A stretch of 64,000 bases of DNA, from positions 74,679,545 through 74,743,544 of the forward strand of contig NC_068982.1 of NCBI RefSeq assembly GCF_001194135.2, read 5' to 3'. The notes under the pieces were generated by a model. It did no database searches, was not told where the DNA came from, and worked only from the letters and a program-made list of their open reading frames with translations. The position numbers and the translations under genes were made by a program. Below, piece after piece: positions 51,059-64,000 of this stretch (positions within the stretch are counted from its first letter, which is position 1; every line of letters begins with the position of its first letter). The DNA comes from Octopus bimaculoides (lineage: Eukaryota).

Positions 51059-54000
51059 TCGCATAAAATGTGTATCTCACATCCTCAAATACAGTAGTTC
51101 ATTTTGTTGGGTATGCTTATCAACATCTTTCAATTAGAAGTATATCTTCACTGTTCTATTACCTGATGCTTGTTTAATTTATGGTAGTTTTTAAATTAAT
51201 TTTTATTTGTCCTTTTTAACATCTTCCATCCCCAAACAATATCTGAGTTAACAGGGAAGTCATTTGTAATTTAGAAACTTTAACACCTTTTAATCTCAGT
51301 TCTCTCAGTATAAAGGACAATGAACAGATCACAGGAGTATGGCAAAAGACTGATATTAACAGCAGAATAATTTAAGAGATTAAATGACACCCATACTGTG
51401 AGTTTATTTTACAAATTACTCAATGTCTTTATTAGTACTGGTATAACAAAAAAATGTACACGATACACTCTGAAATGGTTGGCATGCAACCATTTCAGTC
51501 CTCTGGCTCATTGGATCCTGTCAAACCATTTAGTCCATGCCAACACTGATGATAAACATTAAATGATGATGATGTATGAAAATACTTTATTCCTTGCCAA
51601 ATATGCATTAAAGATTTGCTTCTCAATGATACACATGTTTAACTCTTTTGATACAAATTTCCTTCTTTAAAGTGATTTAAATTAAAAGCTTTATCCAAAT
51701 TTCATGTTAATTTATGTTCCTAGCACCAGCTTAAATATTTTACTAAATTCTTCATTATTTTCAAAAGTAATTAAAACAAAGGCAGTGTATTTCAACTGAA
51801 ATATGGTAATAAAGAGTTAGTTTTGTAAAACTAAAAATTGGAAAAAAAAAAAAAGAAAAAAAAAAAGGAACTACTTTAGAACAATGCATTGATAATTATT
51901 TACTTATCTATGTTCCTCTTTTTTGATAAGCAGTTTAAAAGTTTTAAAATTATATTACTATAATTTAATTGTTGCTTTCTAGCTTGATGTTTGTCTGTTT
52001 ATGTTGGCTTTAATTTGGTCTGGTTGTAGGCTGCAAGTGTTACTAACTGTAAACTGTTGGTGTTGAGCGAAGCATAATGGCCTAAGCCATCTTAAATTAC
52101 TACTGAAAACCCATTAAGTTTATTCCAAACAATGTTATAAGCAAATATGTATAATCATTATCTGTGTTTTAGTTTTTATTTTTTTCATTTTTTTTTTTTA
52201 GTTTTTATTGTTATTTATCTAATTATATTTAGTGAAACTTCTTCATCAGGAACTTTTAATGGCTGTCAAATTCGATTTGCTGAAAGCATTTGGAGAATTC
52301 AAATTTCATGTGAATCCCTGGAGGGTTGTACTATAGCGTTTTCAATTTCAGAACTTGGAGTTGTTTAAGTTAGAGTGAAAATTTGTGTAAGAAAGTAAAG
52401 TAATTTGTGCAGATGTGTTTAACCATTATATAAACACTTGGGTTACTTAAGTGCAGATATTTAAGTAAACTACATCATTAATGAATCAAAATTTACTTGA
52501 ACATTTTACAAATTTTTCTGAAGTTTTATTAACCTCTGTGAGGTGCTTTGGATAAATGGAATATGTGAAGTGGTGGTGTGTTTTATTTCCTTCTTATTGC
52601 TCTGCCAAGTTTCATTGATATTTATTTATATGTTCAATTCTTAGAAGTTCTTGAACTCATAGTTTTTCTTTTCACTTGAATTTATGAAATAAAACTGTAT
52701 TTAGAGAAGGTAGGTCAAGCATGTTGAATCAGTGGAGGGCACTAGTGCAGAAGTTGAATTATTACACTGGTATAGAAGTGAGAAGTTTTGGGTGTTGTAA
52801 GACAGTCATAGTATGGCAAGGATTGAAAGTTACGTGGGCTTTTGAGGGGGGTGTAGAAGCTATACAAATTCAGAGGTGGGTGGGAGTAGAAACTGAACTT
52901 CTAGGGGGTAGTGTAGAAGCTAGGTGAAATAGGTGTGTAGAAGTTTATGGCTAAATGATGATGTGAACAAACTATTGTCAATGTAATTTTGCAGATGTGC
53001 TATAGCTGATTAGTTTATATTTTGTTATAACTGTGATACACTGAAAATAATATTGACTGCTTTTACAAAATCTTATTTAAAGATGCACAGCACTATTAAA
53101 TATTTTATCCTAGTCAGACAAAACAAGAAAGATCCTACATCCTTGCTCAGCTATTGAAATTAGCTGCCAGAGCCCCATCAAAATACACCCCACAGTCTGA
53201 AAAATGAAAAGGATATATTGAATAATGCAGTTCTTGATAGCTAAAAAGTAAAACAATGTGGCCATGGCTGGAATGCCTTTGATTATCATGCTAATCAGAG
53301 ATGGGTCTCTGTGCTGGTGAGATTGCCAATCATCATTTCTTATGGGAATGTTTTTGGATTTGGTTAGTAATTAATAGCAAAGGGGAACTAATTATAGTTT
53401 GAGGAGTGGTTGTAATATTTTCTTTGGGATTCCAACAATCACAGACCCTTATATGAATGAAACATATACATGTTATGTGAAATTGTATGCTATACAGTGG
53501 ATGTGGAGTGTGTCTTAAAAAGTGGGTAGATCTACCCTTAAGATATCCAGTTACACTGCTGACAAAGAATTAAGATAGAGGACAGGGCAGGGAAGAGAGA
53601 GAGAGCAATGACTCATATTGACTAGGAAAATGTCTAATGCATCAGCAATTAATAAACCTATAGGAAGTTTGATTGTAAACGGTATTAAGTGTTTTACATG
53701 GTCACATGTTAAGACATTGCATCACTAAATCCTACTTTGAGTTTGTCTAAGTTATTTATTTCTTATTTGTTTGGTAATGTAGTATTGATAAAGTTTCCAA
53801 AATGGACTTGTGGAGACATCGGTTTTTTATCTTTTATTTGTCTTAGATATTGAATTGTGGGCATCCTGAGGCAGCATTTTAGGTAATAACCCAGGTTCAT
53901 TTGACTGGATACCTTTTTATATGTAAGAAATACTGTCTCTGCAGTTGAGGTGCTAGACTACTGGTCTCACAGACTGATATCGAAGCATGTCACATATATT

Positions 54001-54843
54001 GTGGTGTTAATGCTGTATCTAGATCAGTCCCTGATCAAATACATGTGATAAGAAGTATTCCCATTTCGACCATCTCATCTTTTTGTATTATATATATAGC
54101 ACTACATTATCCAATGTGTCCTTCCTTTCCTAAGATAGTAAGAATACAATTTTAAAGAATTGAGCTGCTATTTTTCACCATTCAAGTGACTGCATAGTGT
54201 CTTTGGCAAAAATCAGCTCTGTTTAATCTGTATTTTGTTTGTTGAACAAAAGTGCCCCTCATTTTGCAGTTGGGTTGATAGCAATAATAAAAATAATGCT
54301 TCAAAATATGGCAGAAGGCCAGCAATTTTAGCAGGAGTGGGGTTGGTCAGTTCCATCAACCCTAGGACTTGATATATAATATTGCAGTGTTTGTTCTTGT
54401 TTTTCCATGGTTGCATGAGTTAGGGGAATATATTGTTGAGATACTGTTTTGCAGGTGCAGTCATGGCTGTGTGGAGTTATACTGTGTGTCACTTTGGGCA
54501 AGTGTCTTCTATAGCCCCAGGGTTGACCTCAGTGTGATATGAACTCAAAACATAAAAAGTCAGAAATGCCACTGAGTATTTTGTCTGACATGATAATGAT
54601 GATTGATGATGATAATAATAATAATGGCCAGTTCTAGAAATATTTAGCCTAGAAATATGGAGTATCAAACAAAACAATATAAAGTAAAAAAAAAAAATCC
54701 AATATATTGATTAGTTTCCATTGCTTTTTTGTTTAATTATCTACCAATTTTTAATAAATTGCAATGAATTTTTATTTCATTGATGTGAATAGCAAGTATT
54801 CACACCTGTTGTATGTCTTCCCCCCCCCCCCGTGTGTATTTAA

Positions 54844-55016
54844 CCCTAATCATATCAATCTGTTTGCGACCACCCTTGATCCTATGATACAAACTTTCCT
54901 GCTTTAAAGTGACCTAAACTAAAACCTTCCATCAACATTTTATTGAATTCTTTGTTATTTTCTAAACGAATTAAAACAAAATCTGCATATTTTAACAGAA
55001 ATACGGTTACAAAAAG
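54844..55016 (+). mobile_element. MITE family A copy
   Basis: TTAA-ccct start, family core, ggttacaaaaag end. Confidence 0.6.
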
Positions 55017-55264
55017 TTTAATCCTTTTGTTTCCACATGTCTGATGAAATACACTGTCTTTGTTGCAATTCATTTGAAATAACCACCATTTGTTGTTTCT
55101 TGTCATCTAAACTTAAGAATTATACTTCTTTAAATCCTTTGCTTTCTGATAATTTTCCTGCCTTTGTTACCTCCTTCAACCCCCAAAAAGAGAGATTGGT
55201 CAGTTTCTTATTATTAACCTTATGTTTGTCAATAAAAAAATAAAATGTGAAAGAGGATTAAGCC

Positions 55265-55945
55265 GTGTAGGTGTGGCTGTGCATATGTGTAGTTTGCTTC
55301 CCGTTTACATGGTTTTGGTTCAGTCCAGTTGTGTGGCACCTTGGACAAGTATCTTCTATTGCCCTGCACTGGCCAAAGCCTTGTGAGTGCACTTGGTGAA
55401 AGAAACCTGTGTGTTTGTGTCTCTTTTTTTTTTTTTTTTTTTGTCTTGACATCACATGATGGTTGTAAGCAAGTGTCACAATCACAAGTAATTTCATTCA
55501 TTTCCAGTCTGCCATAAAAACGTGTTTGGTTAAGGAGAAATATTACCTTACTTGGAAACAGGAAGAGCATCTACCTGTAAAAAAATCTACCTTGGCAGAT
55601 TCTATCTGATCCATGCAAGCATAGAAAAGTGAAATTTAAAACAATAATGAGGAGGAGGAGGAGGATGCTTTGCCTGATGCTAATTCTCACCTCTTTTCCT
55701 AGTAAGGGATCTCCTATTCTACACACCTTTGAAAAGGAAAGAACAATGTCACTGCTGGTAGCCTTGTAATTTTTAGAAACACAAACACACACACACTCCT
55801 GAAAGGCTTCTTTCAGATTCCATCTATTAAATCCACTCACAAGATTTTGGTTGACCCAAAATAGAACATGCTGCACAGTAGGACTGAATTCAAGACTACA
55901 TGGTTGGGAAATGCACTTTTTAGCAACAAATCTATGCTTGTGTCC
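55265..55945. mobile_element. SINE family 1 (+ 55265-55640) followed by an inverted head copy (- about 55780-55945)
   Basis: Family motifs in both orientations just upstream of exon A. Confidence 0.75.
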
Positions 55946-56088
55946 ATGTTGCTTTGTTAATATACACAGTTGGAATGTTTCAAGTATTGTGGAGGGATTT
56001 GGTAATTCTAAATTAAATCTATATAAAACAGATCTTTTCTGCTTTAAGTTATTTCAAAGTAGCTCATGAATATTTTGTTTATTAACAG

Positions 56089-56389
56089 ATATAACAATGG
56101 AAAAAAATCCAAGTGGGGAAAGTAATGGTGTAACAGAAGGAAATGCTACTTCAAAGGGGTCTCCTATAGCACCAGAAACTCCCACAAGCACAACTAAGGA
56201 ATCTGATAATGCAGAAAATCTCTCAACAACTGATTCTAGCAAGGTCGCCTCTGTTCCAGCTACTGTCTCATCAACATCTTCTGCCAATTCTTCCCCTTCT
56301 ACACCACCAGAAAATTGCATTCCTTCAGAGGATACTGCCAGAGAAACTACTGACAATTCTCCACCAGGTGATAAATCTTCAGAATCAAG
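56089..56389 (+). CDS. Coding exon A of an unidentified gene; Ser/Thr/Pro/Glu-rich, probably disordered (..ITMEKNPSGESNG...PPGDKSSES)
   Basis: Acceptor tattttgtttattaacAG at 56088, strong donor AG|GTGAGT at 56389/56390, open 99-codon frame. ATG at 56097 in good Kozak context (acaATGG). Phase 1 entry, phase 2 exit matching exon B. Confidence 0.85.
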
Positions 56390-56439
56390 GTGAGTGCTTT
56401 TTTTTTTTTTAAAGTTAGTCACCTTTTAATATCATTCTG

Positions 56440-56870
56440 TTCATGGCCACCCTTGGTTCTATGATATAATTTTCTCATTTTAAAGTAATCTAAATTAAAA
56501 CCTTTTCATTAAAAGTTCATATTTATTTTATATTGCGAACACCAACTTAACCCTTTAAAAATAAATGCCAAAGGGTTAAGCTGGTGTTATATTTGGCCTA
56601 GATATTGTGTTATATGTTGAAACTGGACAGATCTGGCTGCTCCAGAAAAATACCCTAGAAAAATAAATGATCGCATCGTTGAAATCTCAAAGCTATGAGA
56701 TAAAGCATCATTAATTCAAAACAATGCGAATAGATAAGCATTACATTTGACAGAGTAATCTGAATGCTAAAGGGTTAATATTGGACAGTTACTTTACTAA
56801 ATTCTTCAGTATTTTCAAAATTAAAACAAAGCGTTTATATTCCAACAAAAATATGGTAACAAAAGTTTAT
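56440..56870 (+). mobile_element. TTAA/piggyBac-type MITE family A (host of the nested insertion)
   Basis: Shared core ttttaaagt.atctaaattaaaacc...accagcTTAA...ttactaaattcttca.tattttcaaaatt...atatggtaacaaaag. Confidence 0.65.
56551..56774. mobile_element. TTAA/piggyBac-type MITE family B nested in a family A copy
   Basis: TTAA(56547-50) CCCTTT ... AAAGGG TTAA(56775-78). Family A sequence resumes on both sides. Confidence 0.75.
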
Positions 56871-58550
56871 GCTTTTCCCATAGGGTACCTCATTTTTGTG
56901 TGTGTTTAAGTGTTCTCTTAATCTGAAATGGAGGTTTTTAAAAATCAGTAATAATTAAGTCTATTGTAACATATTACAATGTTCTTTTATAAACTTTTTT
57001 TTAATACAGAAAGTTCAAATTGGATGAGAGTTAAAATAGCTTCAGATTAAATAATTGAAACATGTTATAAAATAACGAGTGATAGGAAAGCTTAGCTGTC
57101 ATTTGCAAATGTAACTTAGCAGCATGTACAGGTTGCAGGCAAAACAAGCCCTCAAATTCACCATTCTCGATAAGCATTTCAATAGCAAATGCACTATGTG
57201 CACTGGTCCAAACCATAATAGTAACTGAAGAAAAAAAAATGGTTATATATCAGCTGCATGAAGATATTACCACCAGCCTAACTTCACTAGCATCACACCA
57301 ATGACTGTGTAAAATATGAAAAGTCTTTCTTCCTCATACTGTATTTTGTTTAATACTAGTACTAAAAGAAATTATTATTCTTAGTGTGTTATTGAATAAA
57401 CATAAGATTTGGTCAGAGCTTGTTCATTGCCCTAGTAGTTAGTTTTTTCTATATCATAGAGCTGTTTTGCACTAGATTCATATCTATTTCATAATGATGT
57501 TCTTATTTGAATTCTAATCTGATTGTTCCTACTTTTTGTATATATTTCTTTAAACAAAATAGCTTTTATGTTTTGGCTTATGTATAATCAAATTGTTTAT
57601 CAAGTTATATACATATTGTATGTAATACAGTTTTATGTCAGATCTTCATAGAGTATAAACTTGTCAACTGAGTAAACCTAAACATAGGTAGTTTGTTGCT
57701 CTCAATCTAATGATATAGAAGGCAAATTTCTCTCTCTAAAAAGAAATACCTTCAGCATTTCTGGTAATGCAAGAACACTAAGTCTTTAAGACAGCATGAT
57801 AATCACTCTAGTCATGAATGAGAGATGAGGGCTCCTGAACTTCTTGCTAACAACCTGCACAGATGATTTGCTTATAATAATCAAATGTTTGTGGTGTACA
57901 TTAATCTCACTCTGTCCAACAAATTGACATTGCCAGTACAAGTGCACAATGTGCCACGTGTCGAAGTGGTCACAGAGCAACATGAAATTGTTACATCTTG
58001 GTTTAACACTACAGCCTGGCATCTGGGTACCTTTGGCAGAATCCACTCTGTTGCAAGTATTTGGATTTGGACCAGGTCCCTGGTTAAGGATAACTTCCTC
58101 CCTCCCACCTACTAGTCTCAGAAACCCTCTAAAGAGTCATAGACAATGCTTTCCCTCCCGAATCAAAAAACAAAAGATTTAGAATTAATTGAAAGCTTTG
58201 GTTTCTCTTCATTAAGACCCATTAATGACTGAGGAAAGTATGAACATCACACAATCTCGTTCTTTCTTAAAATACTGAGGTTTGGCATCTAAATGAGCAA
58301 TCAAAATTACATTATTTTATATTCATATTTTATGAAGTTATGATGTGCTACATATACTACTTATAAACTATACAATAACAATATGCTATGTAAATAATAT
58401 TTTTAATATAAAATGTATTATTATAAATTTTTAGCAGCTTGTTATTCAATAAGAGTATTATAATTGATTTTTCAGGATGTAGTTTTTGATAGGTTTGCAT
58501 GTCATTGTATTGTATGTGTTATGGCTATATGTCTGTTATATATTTTCTAG

Positions 58551-58751
58551 CACTAAACTTGGAACAGATGATAAAAAAGCTAGTAATGAAGAAAAGCGAC
58601 CAGTTGCACTGGGAGCCCTGCCACCTATCAGAAAAGCGCCAAATAGTTCAAGCTCAAGTACCAAGTTGGATGACTCCAAACCAGCTATTTCATTAGCAAA
58701 ATCGCCTACAGGACCTTCACCTCTGTCATGTGAGCCACCACCAGAGAAAAA
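58551..58751 (+). CDS. Coding exon B of the same gene (STKLGTDDKKASNEEKRPVALGALPPIRKAP...CEPPPEK); symmetric 201-nt phase 2-2 exon. Gene continues downstream.
   Basis: Acceptor tatattttctAG at 58550, donor AA|GTAAGA at 58751/58752. AG|C junction with exon A gives Ser and keeps the frame open. Composition similar to exon A. Confidence 0.85.
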
Positions 58752-58964
58752 GTAAGATATTCACTTATTTATTTGATAAATACATCTATTAAAGGTGTAT
58801 ATTGTGCATATCTATGTGGAAATTATATATTTTAAGTTTAGATTTACTTTAAATAGATTTATTTTATATGAATTTAGGGCTTATTAAATATAGCTTTTAT
58901 AGATGAAGTTTGGTATTTAGCATGTAGACAAAGTCTGTTGCTTTGAGAGACAACAATGGAATCA

Positions 58965-59340
58965 TCATCGTCATCACTTAATGTCCCATGCTTGCATGGG
59001 TCAAGCAGAATTTTGTTGAGGGGCAATTTTCTACAGCCAAATATCCTCCCTGTCACCAATGCCCTCTCCTATTTCTATGGAAGGTAATATCTCCCTCTGA
59101 CCAGACATGTTTTTCACTAAACTTGTATAATGGTGATGTTTGTTTACAACCATTACACTATCAAGTGAATGGTACACACACACATAACACTTTTTTTTTA
59201 TTTCCATCTACCAGATCCACTAACCATACTTTGGTTGGCCCTGATCTACAGTAGAAGACACTGTCCAAGGTGCCATACTGAGAAAGAAGCTCTTGGTCCA
59301 CAAAGCTGTGCCTGCACCTTACAGCCACACCTGTTTCTTC
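58965..59340 (-). mobile_element. SINE family 1, long form (further + copies about 60640-60860, 61555-61715, 62330-62570)
   Basis: Family motifs. Confidence 0.7.
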
Positions 59341-60914
59341 TATCCACACTGTAAACCAGGCATGATCACAAATTAATACCCTGGTAGAAAAAAATAGTTC
59401 TGTTGAGAGTTATGGGGAATATTGCTAAATGTATTGTCAGGTGTTTCACTGGCCAACAGTGACACCTCACTCTGTGTAATGTTGAGGAAAGAGAAGTAAG
59501 TTATCAATTACATGGTTTGAGGGGTGCGCAAGAATTGTCTTTGAACAACTTGGAATTGTTGACCACAGAATGAATACATCTAGTGCAATAGTGCAAGCTG
59601 AATAACACCACCAACTCTTGTTGTAATCTACAGAAATTAGAAAATAGTAGAATAAGGAGGTTAAATTCTACAGTAATGTAAGAAGTTTAAAGTGTGTGGG
59701 CTTTCATTAATGATTGAAAGATTCACTTTCTCAGCAGTTGGAATGTGATACAAATATTAAACATAATCTATCGAATATTATTTGAAATTAGGATATTATA
59801 AAAGATTAAATCCCAGAATACATTACAGGGTGTACACATTATCGTTTTTTGCCTTTTTTTTTTCCTGTTGCCAACTATTGTTCTTCAAGTAAGGATATGA
59901 AAGTGCCAAATGATGGAATGTAATGCTGATGGGATAGAGGAAATGTGTACACACACACACACTTCTCTCTCTAAGCAGACACTGGAGCACAATGCAGTCC
60001 TTGGACTCATCAGATCCTTTCAAACCATAGAACTCGTACCAGCATGGAACATGGATGCTACATGATGATATATATATATATATATATATATATANNNNNN
60101 NNNNTGTGTTTGCCTTTACATTCATTTTTCCATTCTAGCATGGATTGGACAGATATATTGCAGAATGGCTAGAATTTCATCCTGTCACTAACCCTCATTT
60201 CTTGTTTTTCAATTAGAGGCACACGTCCAGTGGACAATTTGTTGACAGGAATAAATGACAACAATGTCATCACTTATAGCTCAGCACTTTTTAGAGAAGT
60301 GAAAATGTAAACAAACACATATGACAAGCTTCTGCACATTATTTAACTTCAACCACAAGAATTGATTACCTTACAAGGTATTCTGCTAGGGATGGGATCC
60401 AAAATCACATAGTTGTAAAATGAATCACACTACTAAACTTGTCATAATATAATGCAAACTATCTTAATTTTAACCTTTTGTGAGCATATTTCTGATGAAA
60501 TACACTGCTTATGTTTTAATTAATTTTGAAAATAATCAAAAATTTGAATAATTTGGTGAAATTGATTGGTATTTTGAACATTACTTAATAGAAAAGTTCT
60601 TAGCTTTTCAAATTAAAAATGGAACAGAAGGGCTGCCTAAAGTCTGGTGAGTGAATTTTGTAGATGAAAATGGCAGAAACCTGTCGTGTGTGATATACCT
60701 TTCGAACTAGGGCACAGGCATGGCTGTGTGCTTCTAAACCATGTAGTTTGGGATTCAGCAGGAGGGGAATCTGGCTATAGAAAATCTGCTCCAGCAAAAT
60801 TTCACCTAACCCAATACAAGCATGGAAAAAGTGAATGTTAGGATGATGATAATGATGATTTTATATGAGCAAATTAAAAGCTGTCTCAAAAGGGTTGGCC
60901 ATTATTGAAGTTGA

Positions 60915-61129
60915 CCCTTTCATTTCCAGTGTTGAAAACTGCCTTTGCTTTAATTAATTTTTAAAATAATGAAGAATTTAGTAAAACAATTTTGTCATCA
61001 TTATACTGATATTTAGAATATAAATTAACATGAAATTTTTTAGAAGGTTTTAATTTAGATCATTTTCAAACAAGAAATTTATTATATCACAGAACCCAGG
61101 ACAGTCTCAGGCTGGTTGACATCAAAGGA
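60915..61129 (-). mobile_element. MITE family A copy
   Basis: ttga-ccctttc ... atcaaagga-TTAA; reverse complement of the core. Confidence 0.6.
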
Positions 61130-64000
61130 TTAATGCATTTTTAATAGTGTTTGGTGTTCAAAATAAGTTTATTACTAAATTTCACTTGCATGTCTAACCA
61201 CATGCTAATAAGATCACTAAATCATGAAATTTGTAGCAGCATTACTTTCCTTTTTAATAATGTATGGATGTGATACAGTATTTGACCTAATTTTTCATGA
61301 AATAATTAGGCTAAGTTGAAAAAATATTCTAATGAACAAATTTAGTGAATGTTGGGGTCTTGTTTAGCTATGTGAAAAAACATAAACTTCAACTCTTGAA
61401 GGTCACATTTTTTAGATATTTGTTGTGAAATTTTTGCTAAACCTTAAGTAAATTTTAATGAATTTGTGTATGGAGTGCATTAAATATCTTAAGTCAGCAA
61501 ATTTATGCAATATAGGCTAGTTTAATCATGTGTGTATTCTTTAAAATAACATTGATGCAGCAGGCATGGCCAATGCTGTGTGGTGAAAAAGTTCACTTCA
61601 CAGCAATGCGGTTTCAAGCTCAGGCCTACTGCACTGCACCTTGGGCAGGTTGCATCCTCTACAACTCCAGACCAACTAAAGTCTTGTCAGTGAATTTAAT
61701 CAGCAGAAACTGAAAAGAAGCCAACACTGACTAACAGGAGACCAAAGTGTGGCCAGGCTGGGGCAATGCCTTCAAAGTTTTTACTTGGTTATATTGATTC
61801 CAGTACATTGCTTTACACTTATTTTATTAATCACTTTAGAAGAAAGGTTAAGTTGACTTTGGCATAAAGGGATTTATACATCCATACCTGTTAACGGTAA
61901 TTTTTAATACTTTTCTCGCTGGATTGTGTGCTTGTTTCTCTTTTTGTCATCTGTGATTTTATTTTTGATCTTCTATATAAATGAAAATATTTCCTTTGTC
62001 TGGCTGCTTTTCTCTCTGCAAAACGGAAAGTTACATTGTGGAACAGTCATTTTAACGAGTTGTATTTAATTATTACCTGAGGAGATACATCTGCACCACC
62101 AGATGCTCCTGAGCCAGATGTTGAGTGTCCCACCCAAGAGAAATCGATGCTAGATGTGTTGAAACAATTGTCTTGATTAATAATAAATTCTTGTATATTC
62201 CATCTTCTGTCTATAATTTGCTATATACCTAATGATCACTCTGAAAGTGAACGTGCTTTACCAGTAAGCTACCAGGTGTAAATCATTCGTTTTATTATCC
62301 ATTATATATATATATAAATAAAATATAGGTAGAGAGGTGCGTGTGTATGCAGGGAGGGGTGTTACCTGTCTTGATGTGATGCAGTAGTAGTAAACAAACC
62401 TTACCACATACAAATGGGGTTGTTTACAATCTCCTGTGAAAACATTACTTACATGGAAACAGATGAGGGTTAGTGAGAGCAGGGCATCCAACCTTAGAAA
62501 ATCTACCTCAGTGGCTCTCATATGATGCATGCAAGCATGGAAATGTGGGTGTTAAAGCAACCATGATGTTTTTCAATTCTCAAACTACTTGTAATAAGAA
62601 TAGGTAGGAGAGAAGTTATTCTGTTTAATGAAATCGCAACAACAAATATATTTTCTTTTTTATTTACATTGGGTGTGTGGTTAAGGTTTGTTTGAAACTG
62701 ATTTGCTGTGTGGAAGCTTGTTAGATGTATGTGTATCAGTGAGAGATGTCCAAACAAAAATACCTTGTGGTATTTAGTTAGATCCCTTTAAGCCAAAGTC
62801 AACTTAACCTTTCTGAAGTGATCAATAAGATAGGTGCAAAGCTTGGCCACACACTTGGATCTTCTATTAGTGTTGGCTATGCATCTGCACATGCACAGGC
62901 TGTTTTCTTTGTTAAGACGACAACTAACTGTTAGATTGCATGCNNNNNNNNNNATACACATCCAAGGAAATGGTCACTGAAAGGATGGAAAGTAAAGTTG
63001 ACCTTGGTGAGATATTTACTGAGCACCAAGAGTTGAGACAAATGCTCCAAGCCATTCTTATTTGTCTCTCTAATCATCTTGCCAATTCACCTCACTCCAC
63101 AATGGCTTAGCTGTCATAAGTAAATGAGTATGACCTGGTAGCTTCTATCGTGCTTTTACTAGTCATTTGGGGTCCTCTTGTCGTGAGCAGTCATAGATAC
63201 CCTTTCAACCCTCAAGCAGCAGAACATCAGTGAAAGGTACATCAGCAGTTGGTTGCAACTCATTTGGAACAATATGAAATGAAGTGCTTTGTTCAAAGAC
63301 AACACACTGCCCAGTTCAAGAATCAAACCCACAACCCTGCAGTCATGAGCTGGACTCTTTAACCACTTAGCCACATACCATTGACTAAAACTAATAAAAC
63401 AGGGCTGGTCCAATGACTAAAGTCATGCCATCACCACTATTTCAGCTCTTTCCTGCTCCACCTGATCATTCTTATCTTTTCCTAAATGAGAGTAGCCAAG
63501 TTGCTTTTCTACACCAAAAAACTTACTCTTCCCCCCTTCTTTCATACTATAACTCCTCAGCTCCTAGCATAAAGCCATGTGACCCCACCCTCAGGGTTCA
63601 AAATCTAGCAAGCTGCATGCTGACCTCACTAGTGCTGGTGGCACAAATAAAAAATGCACTCAGCATATGTTATAAAATTATTGGTGTTAGAAAGGGCATC
63701 CAGCTGTAGGCACCATACTATATCAGACACTGGAACATGATGCAGTTCTTGGGTCCATTGGATCCTGTCAAATTATCTAGTCCATTCCAGCTTGGAACAT
63801 GGGCATTAAATGATGATGATGATGATGACGGCGATGAGTCAAACACTTGTATCTGACTTGCTTATTGTAATCCTGTCCTGTTTTAGTAGCTCAATCAGTC
63901 ATCCAAATTGAATGTTTTAATTTATGTCCAGCTTTTGCTACTACTAGAATCCAGCTCCCCCAACTTGAAGTGTAACCAATTACATGAATGTGTTTTTACA

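Noticed and set aside
56054-56422. 122-aa minus-strand ORF
   Set aside because: Antisense shadow of exon A; splice signals support the + strand.
57120-57230. CxxCxGxxH-like peptide (SKCTMCTGPNH)
   Set aside because: Too short, and the final Cys of a zinc knuckle is missing.
60197-60310. Acceptor plus phase-2 open frame that could follow exon B
   Set aside because: Lies in a degenerate SINE family 1 tail/central region.
1-64000. CRISPR-like or other prokaryotic defence/operon systems
   Set aside because: No regularly spaced repeat-spacer array, no gene-dense region; the sequence is eukaryotic intronic DNA.

Overview
AT-rich, repeat-dense eukaryotic genomic DNA with seven N-gaps. The SINE/MITE families and microsatellite load look like a coleoid cephalopod, probably Octopus (inference from pattern recognition, no database search). 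There are no prokaryotic features, CRISPR arrays or intact rRNA/tRNA genes. Two coding exons are well supported: 56089-56389 and 58551-58751 (+), joined in phase, encoding a Ser/Thr/Pro-rich low-complexity N-terminal region that I cannot assign to a family. CpGs are retained from about 1 to 9 kb and largely lost afterwards. This fits a promoter/CpG island at about 6.4-7.9 kb followed by a methylated gene body with about 47 kb of 5' intron. That interval holds tRNA-derived SINEs (at least three families), TTAA/piggyBac-type and hAT MITEs, a decayed DD37D (maT)-type transposon, and LINE remnants. I found no clearly novel biological system. The best leads are a reading frame interrupted only by TGA codons, fold-back repeat structures, several phase-compatible candidate first exons, and the CpG boundary. 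Most ORF-track entries are microsatellite or repeat artefacts. Repeat boundaries are approximate unless TSDs are quoted.
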